NCBI GenBank assembly: GCA_965216875.1 | Contig: OZ244207.1 | Coordinates: 5,600,001-5,664,000, forward strand | Source of the DNA: Rubripirellula sp. | Lineage (GTDB): Bacteria; Planctomycetota; Planctomycetia; Pirellulales; Pirellulaceae | Direction: 5' to 3' | DNA: 64,000 nt | Part shown: positions 47,655-57,577 of the stretch, piece after piece | How the letters are laid out: each line of letters begins with the position of its first letter | Position numbering within the stretch: the stretch's first letter is position 1 | Program-made: the position numbers and the translations under genes | The notes under the pieces: model-generated | What the model was told of the DNA's origin: nothing | Seen by the model: the letters and a program-made list of their open reading frames with translations, nothing else | Databases searched by the model: none

Positions 47655-48005
47655 ATGCAGGAGATCAAACTTCTTATTGATTCGTTCGGGACGAGTGAAT
47701 TCAAAACGAACGTGGTGGATTACTTGAACCAGCACGTTGATCTGTTTGAGAACCTACCGCGTTTCAGCGGTTCTTATGCAAAAGGGATTCGAGTCACCCA
47801 TGCGTTCGTGGTCTCCAATAGCGAATCGCACTTCACGTGCGACGTGACCATCACCTACTCAGACTATCCCGTCATCGGATGCTGTGGCACCACACCAAGC
47901 GAAGGCCAAACAGTGCGCGCGACCGTTGAGTTTTCGCGACTCGATCCCTATCCGGTCAAAATCGACTTGGGTGACCCCTGGGACACCGAAAACGAAGGCT
48001 ACTGA
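47655..48005 (+). CDS. Hypothetical protein
   Basis: 116-aa ORF in operon position. Confidence 0.55.
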   Translation: MQEIKLLIDSFGTSEFKTNVVDYLNQHVDLFENLPRFSGSYAKGIRVTHAFVVSNSESHFTCDVTITYSDYPVIGCCGTTPSEGQTVRATVEFSRLDPYPVKIDLGDPWDTENEGY

Positions 48006-48096
48006 TAGGTCCCGGCCGTATCGTCACGAACCGTCTTGGATTAGGGTGTATCCTCCTGCCCCACTCTCCCGCCCCAATTCGTGATCGCTTGCTGCT

Positions 48097-49566
48097 ATGG
48101 CCACCACATCTTTGCGCCGAATCACTCTGTTTGGCTTGCTCGTTGTTTGTTTGTTTCGTGCCGACGTTGGTGCCAAAGAACCACCCAACGTTCTCTTTCT
48201 GATTTGTGACGACCTGAACTGTGACATCGGATGTTACGGCCATGACCAAGTCCAAACGCCACACATCGATTCGTTGGCCGATCGCGGTGTTCGATTCGCG
48301 AACGCCTATTGCCAGTATCCTCTTTGTGGTCCCAGTCGTGCGTCGTTTATGGCCGGTTGGTATCCCGATCAGACTCACATACACCAAAACGCGATCCACT
48401 TGCGAGAACGTGCGCCAACGGCGGTCACGCTCTCGCAACATTTTCGATCGCGCGACTACCTGGCGACGCGAATCGGAAAGATCTATCACTACAACGTGCC
48501 GCTGCACATTGGCACGGGCGGCCACGACGATCCCTATTCCTGGAACCGAACGATCAATCCTCGCGGACGTGATGTGATTGACCAGGATCAAGTGATCACG
48601 TTACGCCCGGGACAATACGGAGGCACGTTAAGCTGGCTCGCAGCGGACGGAACCGACGCTGAACAGACCGACGGGATCGCGGCGGCCGAGGCAGCCAAAC
48701 TGCTACATGAACACGCCGACAAGGGCGAGCGTTTCTTCATGGCAGTAGGACTCTATCGACCGCACACGCCGTACGTTGCGCCAAAAGCTTACTTCAACCA
48801 TTATCCGATCGATTCCGTCCGTGTTCCGGAAGTTCCGCCGGGGTACTTGGAAACGCTGCCCAAGCCAGCGGCCAAGTCTTTGATGCGTAAGAAGGAGCAG
48901 ATCAACCTTGACCCCGAGCTTGCCAAACAAGCAATCCAAGCTTACTACGCATCAATCACGTTTGCCGATGCACAGCTAGGCATCATCTTGTCGGCACTTC
49001 GCGAAACCGGACTCGAGGACAACACGATTGTCCTGTTCACGTCGGATCACGGATACCACATGGGCGAACATGGTCATTACCAAAAGACAACTCTGTTTGA
49101 GAACGCGACGCACGTGCCGCTCGTCATTGCCGGCCCTGGTGTCACGCGCGGCGGGACGTCAAACACGATGGCCGAAATGGTCGACTTCTACCCAACGCTT
49201 TCCGAGTTGGCAGGACTTCCCATTCCCCAACACGTTTCCGGCACGAGTCTCGTTCCGGCTCTGAAAGATCCAGCGAAAACCGTTCGCGACTCAGCTCTGT
49301 CGCAATACGATTCAGGTTACAGCATTCGGACCGCGAACTATCGTTACACCCAATGGGGACAAAGCGGATCGGCGGGCGCGGAACTCTACGACCATCGTGA
49401 CGATCCGGCTGAAATGAAAAACCGAATCAACGACCCGCAGTACGCTCAGGTGCGGGAACGACTTGCCAAGATGCTTGCCGAACGCATCGCCGGCGCAAGT
49501 CAGGACCCCTCCGGTACGAGGTCCGCGACTAAAACGATCCCGCGAAGAATCAAGTCCAACAAGTAA
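48097..49566 (+). CDS. Sulfatase (iduronate/choline-sulfatase-like)
   Basis: PNVLFLICDD, CGPSR, GKIYH, RPHTPY and SDHGYH. Confidence 0.93.
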   Translation: MATTSLRRITLFGLLVVCLFRADVGAKEPPNVLFLICDDLNCDIGCYGHDQVQTPHIDSLADRGVRFANAYCQYPLCGPSRASFMAGWYPDQTHIHQNAIHLRERAPTAVTLSQHFRSRDYLATRIGKIYHYNVPLHIGTGGHDDPYSWNRTINPRGRDVIDQDQVITLRPGQYGGTLSWLAADGTDAEQTDGIAAAEAAKLLHEHADKGERFFMAVGLYRPHTPYVAPKAYFNHYPIDSVRVPEVPPGYLETLPKPAAKSLMRKKEQINLDPELAKQAIQAYYASITFADAQLGIILSALRETGLEDNTIVLFTSDHGYHMGEHGHYQKTTLFENATHVPLVIAGPGVTRGGTSNTMAEMVDFYPTLSELAGLPIPQHVSGTSLVPALKDPAKTVRDSALSQYDSGYSIRTANYRYTQWGQSGSAGAELYDHRDDPAEMKNRINDPQYAQVRERLAKMLAERIAGASQDPSGTRSATKTIPRRIKSNK

Positions 49567-49591
49567 CCCTGGCCTGATGATTCAAACGCGG

Positions 49592-50233
49592 CTAATTGAA
49601 ATCCCAAAGCGGGACTCCGAGAAACTCGGCAAGTCGCTCAGCATCCTCTTTGAGCGATTCCCACTCGCCATGATCGATCACGTTACGGCGTTGGGCATTC
49701 TTGAGTACCACATTGAGTTCCAAGCTCGTGTAGCCTCCGGAATCACCGGAAGGCGCGATCCACTTTTCGATCACTTGGAGTGAGTGAATCTGCGCAAGGT
49801 CGACCGCGCTAGCATCACTCTCCGAACCGCGAAAAAAACGTCCGTGGTTTCGGTCGAAGCCGACAGGCTTAAGCAGCTTGCCTTTTAAGTAAATGCCCAA
49901 GCCGCCGAAGAAGAGAGCGCCAGCGATGAAGGCAGGGCCCGCGATTTTGACAATCGTCGGGTCGCCGTCGCCTATCTTTTCTGCTCTCCCCGAGAGCCAC
50001 ATGTAGGTAACGCCTGATCCGATCGACAAGGCGATCAGGGTGAACCCAAAAATCGCAACGATGATGAGTTTTGATGTAAAAGAGGGAACGAAGATCATCC
50101 GATCATCACCCACCCTTTCCGCTTTGCGCGTTCGATAGTTCGCACCCTCTTTGGGTTGCAATGGCGCCCAATCGGTACGTGTCGCAACCTCATCCGATTG
50201 CAACTCGGCAGGAACTCTCGACTCGATCTCCAT
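49592..50233 (-). CDS. Two-TM hypothetical membrane protein
   Basis: Two hydrophobic helices, then ELNVVL...LAEFLGVPLWD. Confidence 0.7.
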   Translation of the reverse strand: MEIESRVPAELQSDEVATRTDWAPLQPKEGANYRTRKAERVGDDRMIFVPSFTSKLIIVAIFGFTLIALSIGSGVTYMWLSGRAEKIGDGDPTIVKIAGPAFIAGALFFGGLGIYLKGKLLKPVGFDRNHGRFFRGSESDASAVDLAQIHSLQVIEKWIAPSGDSGGYTSLELNVVLKNAQRRNVIDHGEWESLKEDAERLAEFLGVPLWDFN

Positions 50234-50453
50234 TGCGACACCTCGCCAACAAGACAATGGCCCAAACCCTGTCAGTTTAGCTGAACACAAAGCGGTTTCG
50301 TGGCGTTAATTGAGACAAGCGACGCAACCAAGGATCGTACGTTAGTCCGTTGCAGTTCACCTCGGCACTGCCACCCCCACCACATCGCAAGCCACTAGAA
50401 TGGCTCGCAGCAGTCATTTTTGCCGACAGACCAAAGTTGAAAGAGTATCTTCA

Positions 50454-51302
50454 ATGGACCCCAACATCGTGCTCACACCGAGCGATGACCCCGAGATGGA
50501 TGCGGCGAGAAAGCTGGCTCGCAAGACGTTCAAGTTCTTTTGGCGAGAACTTTCCTGGGAATACCGTAGGATCATTCCAGGACTAAGCATTGCCGCTGTG
50601 AAAGCTGAATTCACTGATCCACCTGAAATGAAATCCAACGCCCCCGATGCGTTGGAAGTGGAACACATGTGGATCAACGAAGTCGAGTTCGATGGTCTAA
50701 GGGTATCAGGAACGCTGATCAATTCACCCAACAGTTTGCGATCCGTTTCCGAAGGCGACGCGGTTCAGATTGCGCCAAGTCGAGTTGGCGATTGGATGTA
50801 TGCGATTGGTGACGATGTCTACGGAGGCTACTCGGTCGATCTAATGAGGCAGCGCATGGGTGGCAGCGAAAGAAAGCAACACGATGCCGCTTGGGGACTC
50901 AACTTCGGTGACGTAGGGATCGTTCATGTTGTTCCGCCCGATTACATCGGCGAGAAACAAGCTGGCGGTTTTCTGTCGAAGTTTCGCAAACCCAAACAAC
51001 AGCCCCAGGACATCGAGAAGGCAGCCGCGACTGAGCACCCGATGTCGGTCAACATGCGTCAATCACTGGAAGAGACGCTTCGGGAGAACCCAGCATACAT
51101 TTCCGAACCTGACGACAAGGGTTTCACGTTCCTCCACCAGCTCTCACTTGCCGGGTCCTACGACGGCGTTGATGTACTGGTTCAACACGGTGCCGACGTG
51201 AACCAGCCCGCAAAGAACGGACTAAAGCCGCTACGACTAGCACGTTCACTTGGTTGGAAAAAAGTAATGAACCGACTGCAACAAGCCGGCGCGACTGAAT
51301 AG
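50454..51302 (+). CDS. DUF2314 (YegJ-like) protein with C-terminal ankyrin repeats
   Basis: ARKTFKFFWRELSWE, EHMW, GDWMY...YGGYS and TFLHQ...HGADVN. Confidence 0.85.
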   Translation: MDPNIVLTPSDDPEMDAARKLARKTFKFFWRELSWEYRRIIPGLSIAAVKAEFTDPPEMKSNAPDALEVEHMWINEVEFDGLRVSGTLINSPNSLRSVSEGDAVQIAPSRVGDWMYAIGDDVYGGYSVDLMRQRMGGSERKQHDAAWGLNFGDVGIVHVVPPDYIGEKQAGGFLSKFRKPKQQPQDIEKAAATEHPMSVNMRQSLEETLRENPAYISEPDDKGFTFLHQLSLAGSYDGVDVLVQHGADVNQPAKNGLKPLRLARSLGWKKVMNRLQQAGATE

Positions 51303-51312
51303 CCAGCGTTTG

Positions 51313-52689
51313 CTAGTCGGCCACCTCAACCTGTGGACCGGCTCCGTTTTCATCGGCCGTTCCCACATCCCCCGAGGGATACCCGGAGCTAGATGCTGAC
51401 TCCGCCGATACGCGAGTGTTCGTCTCTGCGTCGATTCGTAGTTCACTTTGTCGCTCTGGAACAACTACTGGTATCTTGACGACATTACTGATTGGGATCG
51501 GATTACTCTTTTCGCCATACAGTGTCGTCGCATAGACGAATAAAGTTGAGTTCTTGGGTATCGGTGCTTTTCCGATCATGTAGAACTCGCCCTCGACTTT
51601 GCCGCTGGTGAACGCACATGGTCGAAAACCCGTTTGGTGGGAAACGAGCATCTTGCGACCCGATCGATCGATGATCAACTTCGCGGCGATCCGAAGCCCT
51701 CCCGGCGGAAGAGAGGGATGCCGCACATACCTTATCGGTAGTTTCACAGCCGCAATGCCAGAACTGGCATCGATCTCCAAAGGCTCGGTCATGTCGGACT
51801 CCAAGTAAATCGGCAGGCCTTTGGCGAACAGTTCCGATGCAACGAGTTTGCGGCGGCTCGATGTGCGTTGCGTTCGCGCAGGCAGCTTTGCTGCGATGTC
51901 AGCGATACGTTCCTGGATCTCGTCGTCGATGTCGAGTGACTTTAGAAGTTCGATTTGTTGCCATATCGACTCATCCAACAGCGAATGAGCTGATGCCTTG
52001 CGGCGGTCCATTGCTGCGTCAACACTTTGCATCAACCACTCTTGCCGAGTCGGGTCGGTGGCCAACACTTCTTCTAGCTCCGAAGCCCCAAGTTGCTGAT
52101 CGCGACCGGCAATTTTCCGCCGAATGCGATACTCAAGTGCCATCTCATTTGCTTGCTCACGATTGCGCGCGGTCCATGCCTTAAGAATGGAATCTGAGAC
52201 AGAAACGACCTCCGCATTTTTGGATTCCGATGCATTGCGCAACACCGATACCTGCGACATGGTTTGTTTTTGTCGAGGCTTGTGAGACCTGAATTCGCGG
52301 CGGATCCAACCACCGACCTTTTCGGAGTTGAAGTCGCCGGGTTTTTGTTCTGCAGTACTCGGCGTGTACATCACCAAGGTGTCATTGGATCGGTCACAGA
52401 ACAAGAATCGACCGTTGCCAAGGGCGAGCAAAGATGGCCGTGAATCGCCCTTGACTGAATAAGTCGTGTCTCGCTGGACGGATCGATCCTCCGTCTGCCA
52501 TTCAAACTGAAGTTCATGTTCAGTGATGATGCAGCGCATCGGCGAGAGACGCTCGATGCGCTGCCCATTACGAAACTCAGAGACCAGGACCCATGTCCCC
52601 TGCAACTCATTCCCGCTGGTGGTTTTCGGCGCAAACATTGATGCGATAACCAAGGCTAGCAGGCTTGTCATGCGAATCATGTTCATCAC
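51313..52689 (-). CDS. Exported protein with TIGR03067-like N-terminal domain
   Basis: Signal peptide, then ELQGTWVLVSEFRNG. Confidence 0.65.
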   Translation of the reverse strand: MMNMIRMTSLLALVIASMFAPKTTSGNELQGTWVLVSEFRNGQRIERLSPMRCIITEHELQFEWQTEDRSVQRDTTYSVKGDSRPSLLALGNGRFLFCDRSNDTLVMYTPSTAEQKPGDFNSEKVGGWIRREFRSHKPRQKQTMSQVSVLRNASESKNAEVVSVSDSILKAWTARNREQANEMALEYRIRRKIAGRDQQLGASELEEVLATDPTRQEWLMQSVDAAMDRRKASAHSLLDESIWQQIELLKSLDIDDEIQERIADIAAKLPARTQRTSSRRKLVASELFAKGLPIYLESDMTEPLEIDASSGIAAVKLPIRYVRHPSLPPGGLRIAAKLIIDRSGRKMLVSHQTGFRPCAFTSGKVEGEFYMIGKAPIPKNSTLFVYATTLYGEKSNPIPISNVVKIPVVVPERQSELRIDAETNTRVSAESASSSGYPSGDVGTADENGAGPQVEVAD

Positions 52690-52732
52690 GAACCTCAGAA
52701 CAAAGGGAAAGAGTTAGAGAACCGACCTCAAT

Positions 52733-53629
52733 TCACATGATTTTCGACTTCAGATCCCGATCGCCCTGAACCTTGCTTAGGTCGATTTCCAATCCAATCG
52801 CCTCTTTGATCTGCTCGGCCGTCGCAGCCTCCAGAATGACGGTATTCTCTTTGTAGGCGTCAAAATCTTGTTTACCGACTTTGCCAATGACAACGTCCGC
52901 GACAAGCGTGTCATCTTCATTCGCTGGCTCGCGAACTGCGATGACCACCTTTCCGGGTCGTTTCATGATCTTGCATTCAAGCTCACAATCGGTCACGCAT
53001 TGGTAGACCTCGCAAGTTGCAATTTCGCACACTCGGTCGTTTTCCTCGCAGTCGCAAAAATCACATTCCAGTTCCTTGCACTCGGCGTCTTTGCAGGGGT
53101 ATTCCAATGTGACTTCTTTGAAGTCGTATCTCTCGGTTGCCACGATACAGAATTCCGGCACGGGTACACACGGAGCTTCGTAGATGTCGATCGCTTTGTA
53201 AAAGCGTTTCAGGTCACAGTTGGTCTTTAGTTTCCCTTTTGTTCCTGTGATCTCTTGTGGTTCACCCTCGTAGGAGCAATCACAAACACGAACTGTCCGA
53301 GGAATACAGTGGTGAGGATCTTGATGGCCACCGCAGTGTGAATCATCTTTGTCGGCGACGCTTTCTCGAGCGACAACAGAGCGACTCGACGTTTCGGCGT
53401 AGCTTGCAATTCTCATATCCGCTTCGTGAGCGGAAATCGTTGGGTAGCCGTTGATTTTCACAACCGAAGCATCTTCGCAAACGACGTAGCAACCTGAGGT
53501 GTACACCGCAGGTGGGTTGCAGTAATACGCTTTTCCGTTGTTCCAGTAGAAATACCGATTGCCTGCATCGGCGACACTCGCTGTCGCCAATAAGAATGTG
53601 GCGATGCCCAAAACGAAACGCGGAATCAT
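52733..53629 (-). CDS. Secreted cysteine-rich protein
   Basis: Signal peptide ending VADA; 20 Cys counted. Confidence 0.7.
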   Translation of the reverse strand: MIPRFVLGIATFLLATASVADAGNRYFYWNNGKAYYCNPPAVYTSGCYVVCEDASVVKINGYPTISAHEADMRIASYAETSSRSVVARESVADKDDSHCGGHQDPHHCIPRTVRVCDCSYEGEPQEITGTKGKLKTNCDLKRFYKAIDIYEAPCVPVPEFCIVATERYDFKEVTLEYPCKDAECKELECDFCDCEENDRVCEIATCEVYQCVTDCELECKIMKRPGKVVIAVREPANEDDTLVADVVIGKVGKQDFDAYKENTVILEAATAEQIKEAIGLEIDLSKVQGDRDLKSKIM

Positions 53630-53869
53630 GTTTTGATCCTTCTCAAATAGTCGCTTGTCGAAACGAAACCCAAACAAATTGCCCAGCCACTTCCACAGCG
53701 ATCGCGGGCAGCTTGAAATCATCGATTCACGCGACCAAAGACGACAGTGTCCGGGAGTTACACTTGGTCAAATCGTATGTTTGGTGGTTTCGACCGAAAC
53801 GGAAACGCAGCGGAATTCGTCGGGGTTGAACGGGGTGAAAGATTCCGGTCCCGCTCGTGAGCAAAGTGC

Positions 53870-54898
53870 CTAGTCAGCAGCTGTTGCGTCGGGCGAGCTT
53901 GCTGAACAGGCTTCGATGGGACATCGCAATTCGCCGTCAACAGGCCGTCCTCGTTGCGACGACGCCTTGAACCAATCGGGATGGATGCACGTCCAAAAGT
54001 CGCGTGCCAACTGCTGCTGTACATAAGCTGCCGGAAGCCAACCGCTCCCACAATCACCCCAGTCGCTTCCCCAGGAAAGGCGAACTCTGAGCGCATGTTG
54101 CTTAGGGCCAAAATGGTGACGACGATAACCGACGACCATCGCGGCCTGCCCGCCACGAACAACATCGCTTTCCGGACGGTAGGGAATCTCCGCTGAAATG
54201 CTCAACGAACTAGGAACAGAAAAGCCGAACACCAGAGGGAACCCCGCTGCCACAAATGACTCGATACGCTTGCAGGTCATTGCCCCGTCGCTGTTGCGTT
54301 GATCAAGTCGAAAATAGCGAAGACTCTTTGCCGATTTTGCCGTTCCATAGACAAATCGCGTTGGCTCACTGTGAAACCGGTCAACCTGATAGGGCCAATG
54401 TTGCTCAGGAACAATTCCAAACTGGACAACAGCCTTGAGCGTGGTTCGTAGGTCCGCCCCATCATCACAACATTGCCCACCCCAAGGTGTGGCGCTATGA
54501 GGAGCCGGAAGGGTACGCAGGTTGCGGGCGACTCGATAAAGAAACTGCTTGGAAGGATCACAGGTTCGGCCGTAAATCCGACGCTCGAAATACTCAATCA
54601 GACCAAGAACAGCAAACGCAGTAGAACTGTTGAGTGCACCCTGGTCTTCGATCCCCGAAAAGTAATTTCCTTCGTCATCGCTGCACAAATCGACCTCGTC
54701 GGGCAGTTCCCGTGACGCAGGCGCGAGTCGTCTGAGCAGTGGCAAGATGCACTCGTGTTGGAACGTATAGTCGCGTGCATCAGGAAGGTCGGGAATCCAA
54801 CCCATTCCTTGTGGGATAAACCTGGACACAGCCGGTGTTTGTTGGCGCGTGGAGAGATCGTAACGTAGGTTGCTGAACCAGCCATTAGAAATGGCCAC
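53870..54898 (-). CDS. Papain-like (C1) peptidase homolog with substituted catalytic residues
   Basis: MGWIPDLPDARD, LPDEVDL, DQGALNSSTAFA, GGQAAMVVGY and RLSWGSDWGDCG. Confidence 0.85.
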   Translation of the reverse strand: MAISNGWFSNLRYDLSTRQQTPAVSRFIPQGMGWIPDLPDARDYTFQHECILPLLRRLAPASRELPDEVDLCSDDEGNYFSGIEDQGALNSSTAFAVLGLIEYFERRIYGRTCDPSKQFLYRVARNLRTLPAPHSATPWGGQCCDDGADLRTTLKAVVQFGIVPEQHWPYQVDRFHSEPTRFVYGTAKSAKSLRYFRLDQRNSDGAMTCKRIESFVAAGFPLVFGFSVPSSLSISAEIPYRPESDVVRGGQAAMVVGYRRHHFGPKQHALRVRLSWGSDWGDCGSGWLPAAYVQQQLARDFWTCIHPDWFKASSQRGRPVDGELRCPIEACSASSPDATAAD

Positions 54899-54967
54899 GC
54901 CTCAATTGCTACGGAACGACCCCGGAATGGGCTTGCAGCAAGGGTTTTCGCCGACGGCCGAACAAGC

Positions 54968-55813
54968 TTACACCTCTTGGTCAGCTGTCGTACCTTCGGC
55001 TTGACGCTCGCGATCCGAATCGCTCGCCAATTCCGGACCATTCCCAATCCATTCCCATGTAATCCCTTCACCAGTCCCGTCACCGTGAAAACGGATCAGT
55101 TGCTGAATTTGCTTTTTGTTTAGCCCCTTGATCGTGTCACTTAATCTGCGTTTCGCGTCCTGATCGACCTGAGGTGGAAGAGGATCATCAACCCGCGGCG
55201 GCCAGCCTTCCTCTTCAAACGCGTTCAAGATCGCCTCCTGATTGGCCGCTCGCCACTTAAAGTGTTTGACGACATCGTCGCCAACGCGCAATGTACGATC
55301 ACAGGAATTCCAACATGGCTGAGATGATGACAGTCGCTCTGTTAGCTTTCCCGAGGGCGACGCCCCATTGCCAGAGTATGAACCAAGTCCAGCCGAATGG
55401 CCGTTAATCGCTGGCTTGCAGGCGACGGAAGCTACGGAAACATCTCTCGTGACGTTCGCGTCGCCGTCAATGTCATGTCCATCCAACGGTTCAATCGGAC
55501 GCTGCGCAAAAATTGCGGGAGCCCGAGAGCGCCCGTGATCGGTGAGAACGAAACAGGACCGCTTGGTGAAGGTCATGTCGCCGGTGGGTGAAAAAGACCG
55601 ACCGTCTTCACCACGAACCGTTACTTCGCGTGCATGCTCAACGTAACCTCGCCGCACCAGCCAACGCAGGTCATTGTGAACACAACCACACGATAAGAGT
55701 TCACTGACCGAAACCGCAAATTCCCAGCGGTCCGAGCCTACGTCGTCCGCATACTCCAGGGCCTCCAGAAGTGTCCCAAGAGCTGCAATTAACTTTGAAG
55801 GGATTCTGTCCAT
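54968..55813 (-). CDS. Hypothetical protein with putative winged-helix domains
   Basis: DLRWLVRRGYVEH...LTDHG and C-terminal NQEAILNAFEEEGWP...RLSDTIKGLN. Confidence 0.65.
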   Translation of the reverse strand: MDRIPSKLIAALGTLLEALEYADDVGSDRWEFAVSVSELLSCGCVHNDLRWLVRRGYVEHAREVTVRGEDGRSFSPTGDMTFTKRSCFVLTDHGRSRAPAIFAQRPIEPLDGHDIDGDANVTRDVSVASVACKPAINGHSAGLGSYSGNGASPSGKLTERLSSSQPCWNSCDRTLRVGDDVVKHFKWRAANQEAILNAFEEEGWPPRVDDPLPPQVDQDAKRRLSDTIKGLNKKQIQQLIRFHGDGTGEGITWEWIGNGPELASDSDRERQAEGTTADQEV

Positions 55814-56081
55814 CGCCCCAGTGCCGGACTTCCATCGCCCGCGAAACGCTCAAGAAAAAAGTAATGAGCTGAATTGCCTTTTCGTCAGTTGTCCCGAATG
55901 AAACAGCCGATGTCGCCAATTTCTACCGAAGCTACAAGACCGACGCAAACTGTTTTTTCTGTGCGCTGAACAAGCGTTTCGGTTGTTTTGTGTGAACATC
56001 TGTGTCTTCGATAGCTACACTACGCATTCCCCCTTCTTTGCCTTCCCTCTTATCCCACCACCACACAGGGCTGACTGAATC

Positions 56082-57539
56082 ATGCGATCCCTTTTTGCGT
56101 GCCTCTGCTTGATTGGCATTTCGATCCCCACCTCTGAAAGTGTCGATGCTCAAGGCGCCGACGCGCAAAGCGATTCGGCGAAGCCGAACTTTGTCATCAT
56201 CTTTGCCGATGACCAGGGCTACGGAGATCTAGGCTGTTTTGGATCGACCAAAATCAAAACACCGAACATCGACCGCATGGCCAAAGAGGGGCGGCGTTTT
56301 ACCAACTTCATGGTCGCCTCGCCCGTCTGCACACCCTCGCGCGCCGCATTGCTAACCGGATGCTACCCCAAACGCGTCGGCATGCACCAACACGTTCTCT
56401 TCCCCGCATCAACAAAGGGACTCAATCCCAGCGAACACACAATCGCTGACCATTTGAAATCACAGGGATATGCGACCGCGTGCTTTGGCAAGTGGCACCT
56501 CGGACACCATCCTGAAACGTTGCCTCGAGCCAACGGATTCGACACCTATTTTGGAATCCCGTACAGCAACGACATGAACCATCCTGACAACAAGGGCAAG
56601 CCACGAGTTAAGTCGGACGACTTGTGGCGAGATCAGGAAAGCGCGATCAAGCTTTGGAACACGCCTCTGATCAAAGACGAAGAAATCGTCGAACTGCCAG
56701 TCGACCAGCGCACCGTCACTCGGCGCTACACCGACCATGCCGTTGACTTCATCAAGACGCACAAAGACGAACCCTTCTTTGTTTATCTTCCTCATTCGAT
56801 GCCACACATTCCGTTGTACGTCCCCGAAGATGCGTACGATCCGAATCCACAAAATGCCTACACCTGTGTGATCGAGCATATTGATGACGAAGTGGGGCGA
56901 GTGATGGACACGATTCGTGACCTGAATCTATCGCAACGAACCTACGTCATTTACACCTCTGACAATGGTCCTTGGTTGCAATTCAAGAACCACGGTGGTT
57001 CGGCCGGACCGCTGCGTGCGGGCAAAGGCACCACATTCGAAGGCGGACAACGTGTTCCCTGTGTGATGTGGGGCCCGGGCCGGATTCCAGCGGGCACCGA
57101 GTGCAACGAACTGGTCGGTACCATCGACATGTTGCCAACGATTGCGTCGATTACCGGACGACCACTTCCAAGTGGCCGCAAGATCGACGGAGTCGATGTC
57201 AGTGACTTGGTCCTTGGCAAATCAGATTCGTCACCGCGTACGGAGTTCGTTCACTACACCTCGCGTGGTGACCTGGAAGGCATTCGCAAAGGCGATTGGA
57301 AGCTACTGGTCAAGCAACCTCCGAAACCACGACGCCCGCGACAAAACGGAAATGCAAACCAAAAGCCCAAGCCTCCTGAAGTCCTTCTGTTTAACCTCAA
57401 AAAGGATGTTGGCGAACAAGAGAACCGTGCCGATCAACACCCCGAAGTCGTCGCCGAACTATCGGCGCGAATGAAGGAATTAGATGCCGAGATCGAAACG
57501 AACGCTCGTGCCCCCTGGACGACCGACATGAGAAACTAG
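56082..57539 (+). CDS. Arylsulfatase
   Basis: PNFVIIFADDQGYGD, CTPSRAALLTG, GKWHLG and SDNGP. Confidence 0.95.
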   Translation: MRSLFACLCLIGISIPTSESVDAQGADAQSDSAKPNFVIIFADDQGYGDLGCFGSTKIKTPNIDRMAKEGRRFTNFMVASPVCTPSRAALLTGCYPKRVGMHQHVLFPASTKGLNPSEHTIADHLKSQGYATACFGKWHLGHHPETLPRANGFDTYFGIPYSNDMNHPDNKGKPRVKSDDLWRDQESAIKLWNTPLIKDEEIVELPVDQRTVTRRYTDHAVDFIKTHKDEPFFVYLPHSMPHIPLYVPEDAYDPNPQNAYTCVIEHIDDEVGRVMDTIRDLNLSQRTYVIYTSDNGPWLQFKNHGGSAGPLRAGKGTTFEGGQRVPCVMWGPGRIPAGTECNELVGTIDMLPTIASITGRPLPSGRKIDGVDVSDLVLGKSDSSPRTEFVHYTSRGDLEGIRKGDWKLLVKQPPKPRRPRQNGNANQKPKPPEVLLFNLKKDVGEQENRADQHPEVVAELSARMKELDAEIETNARAPWTTDMRN

Positions 57540-57577
57540 GCCGACGATGCACGATTTGCCGCTGCGTGAGGGAGCAA

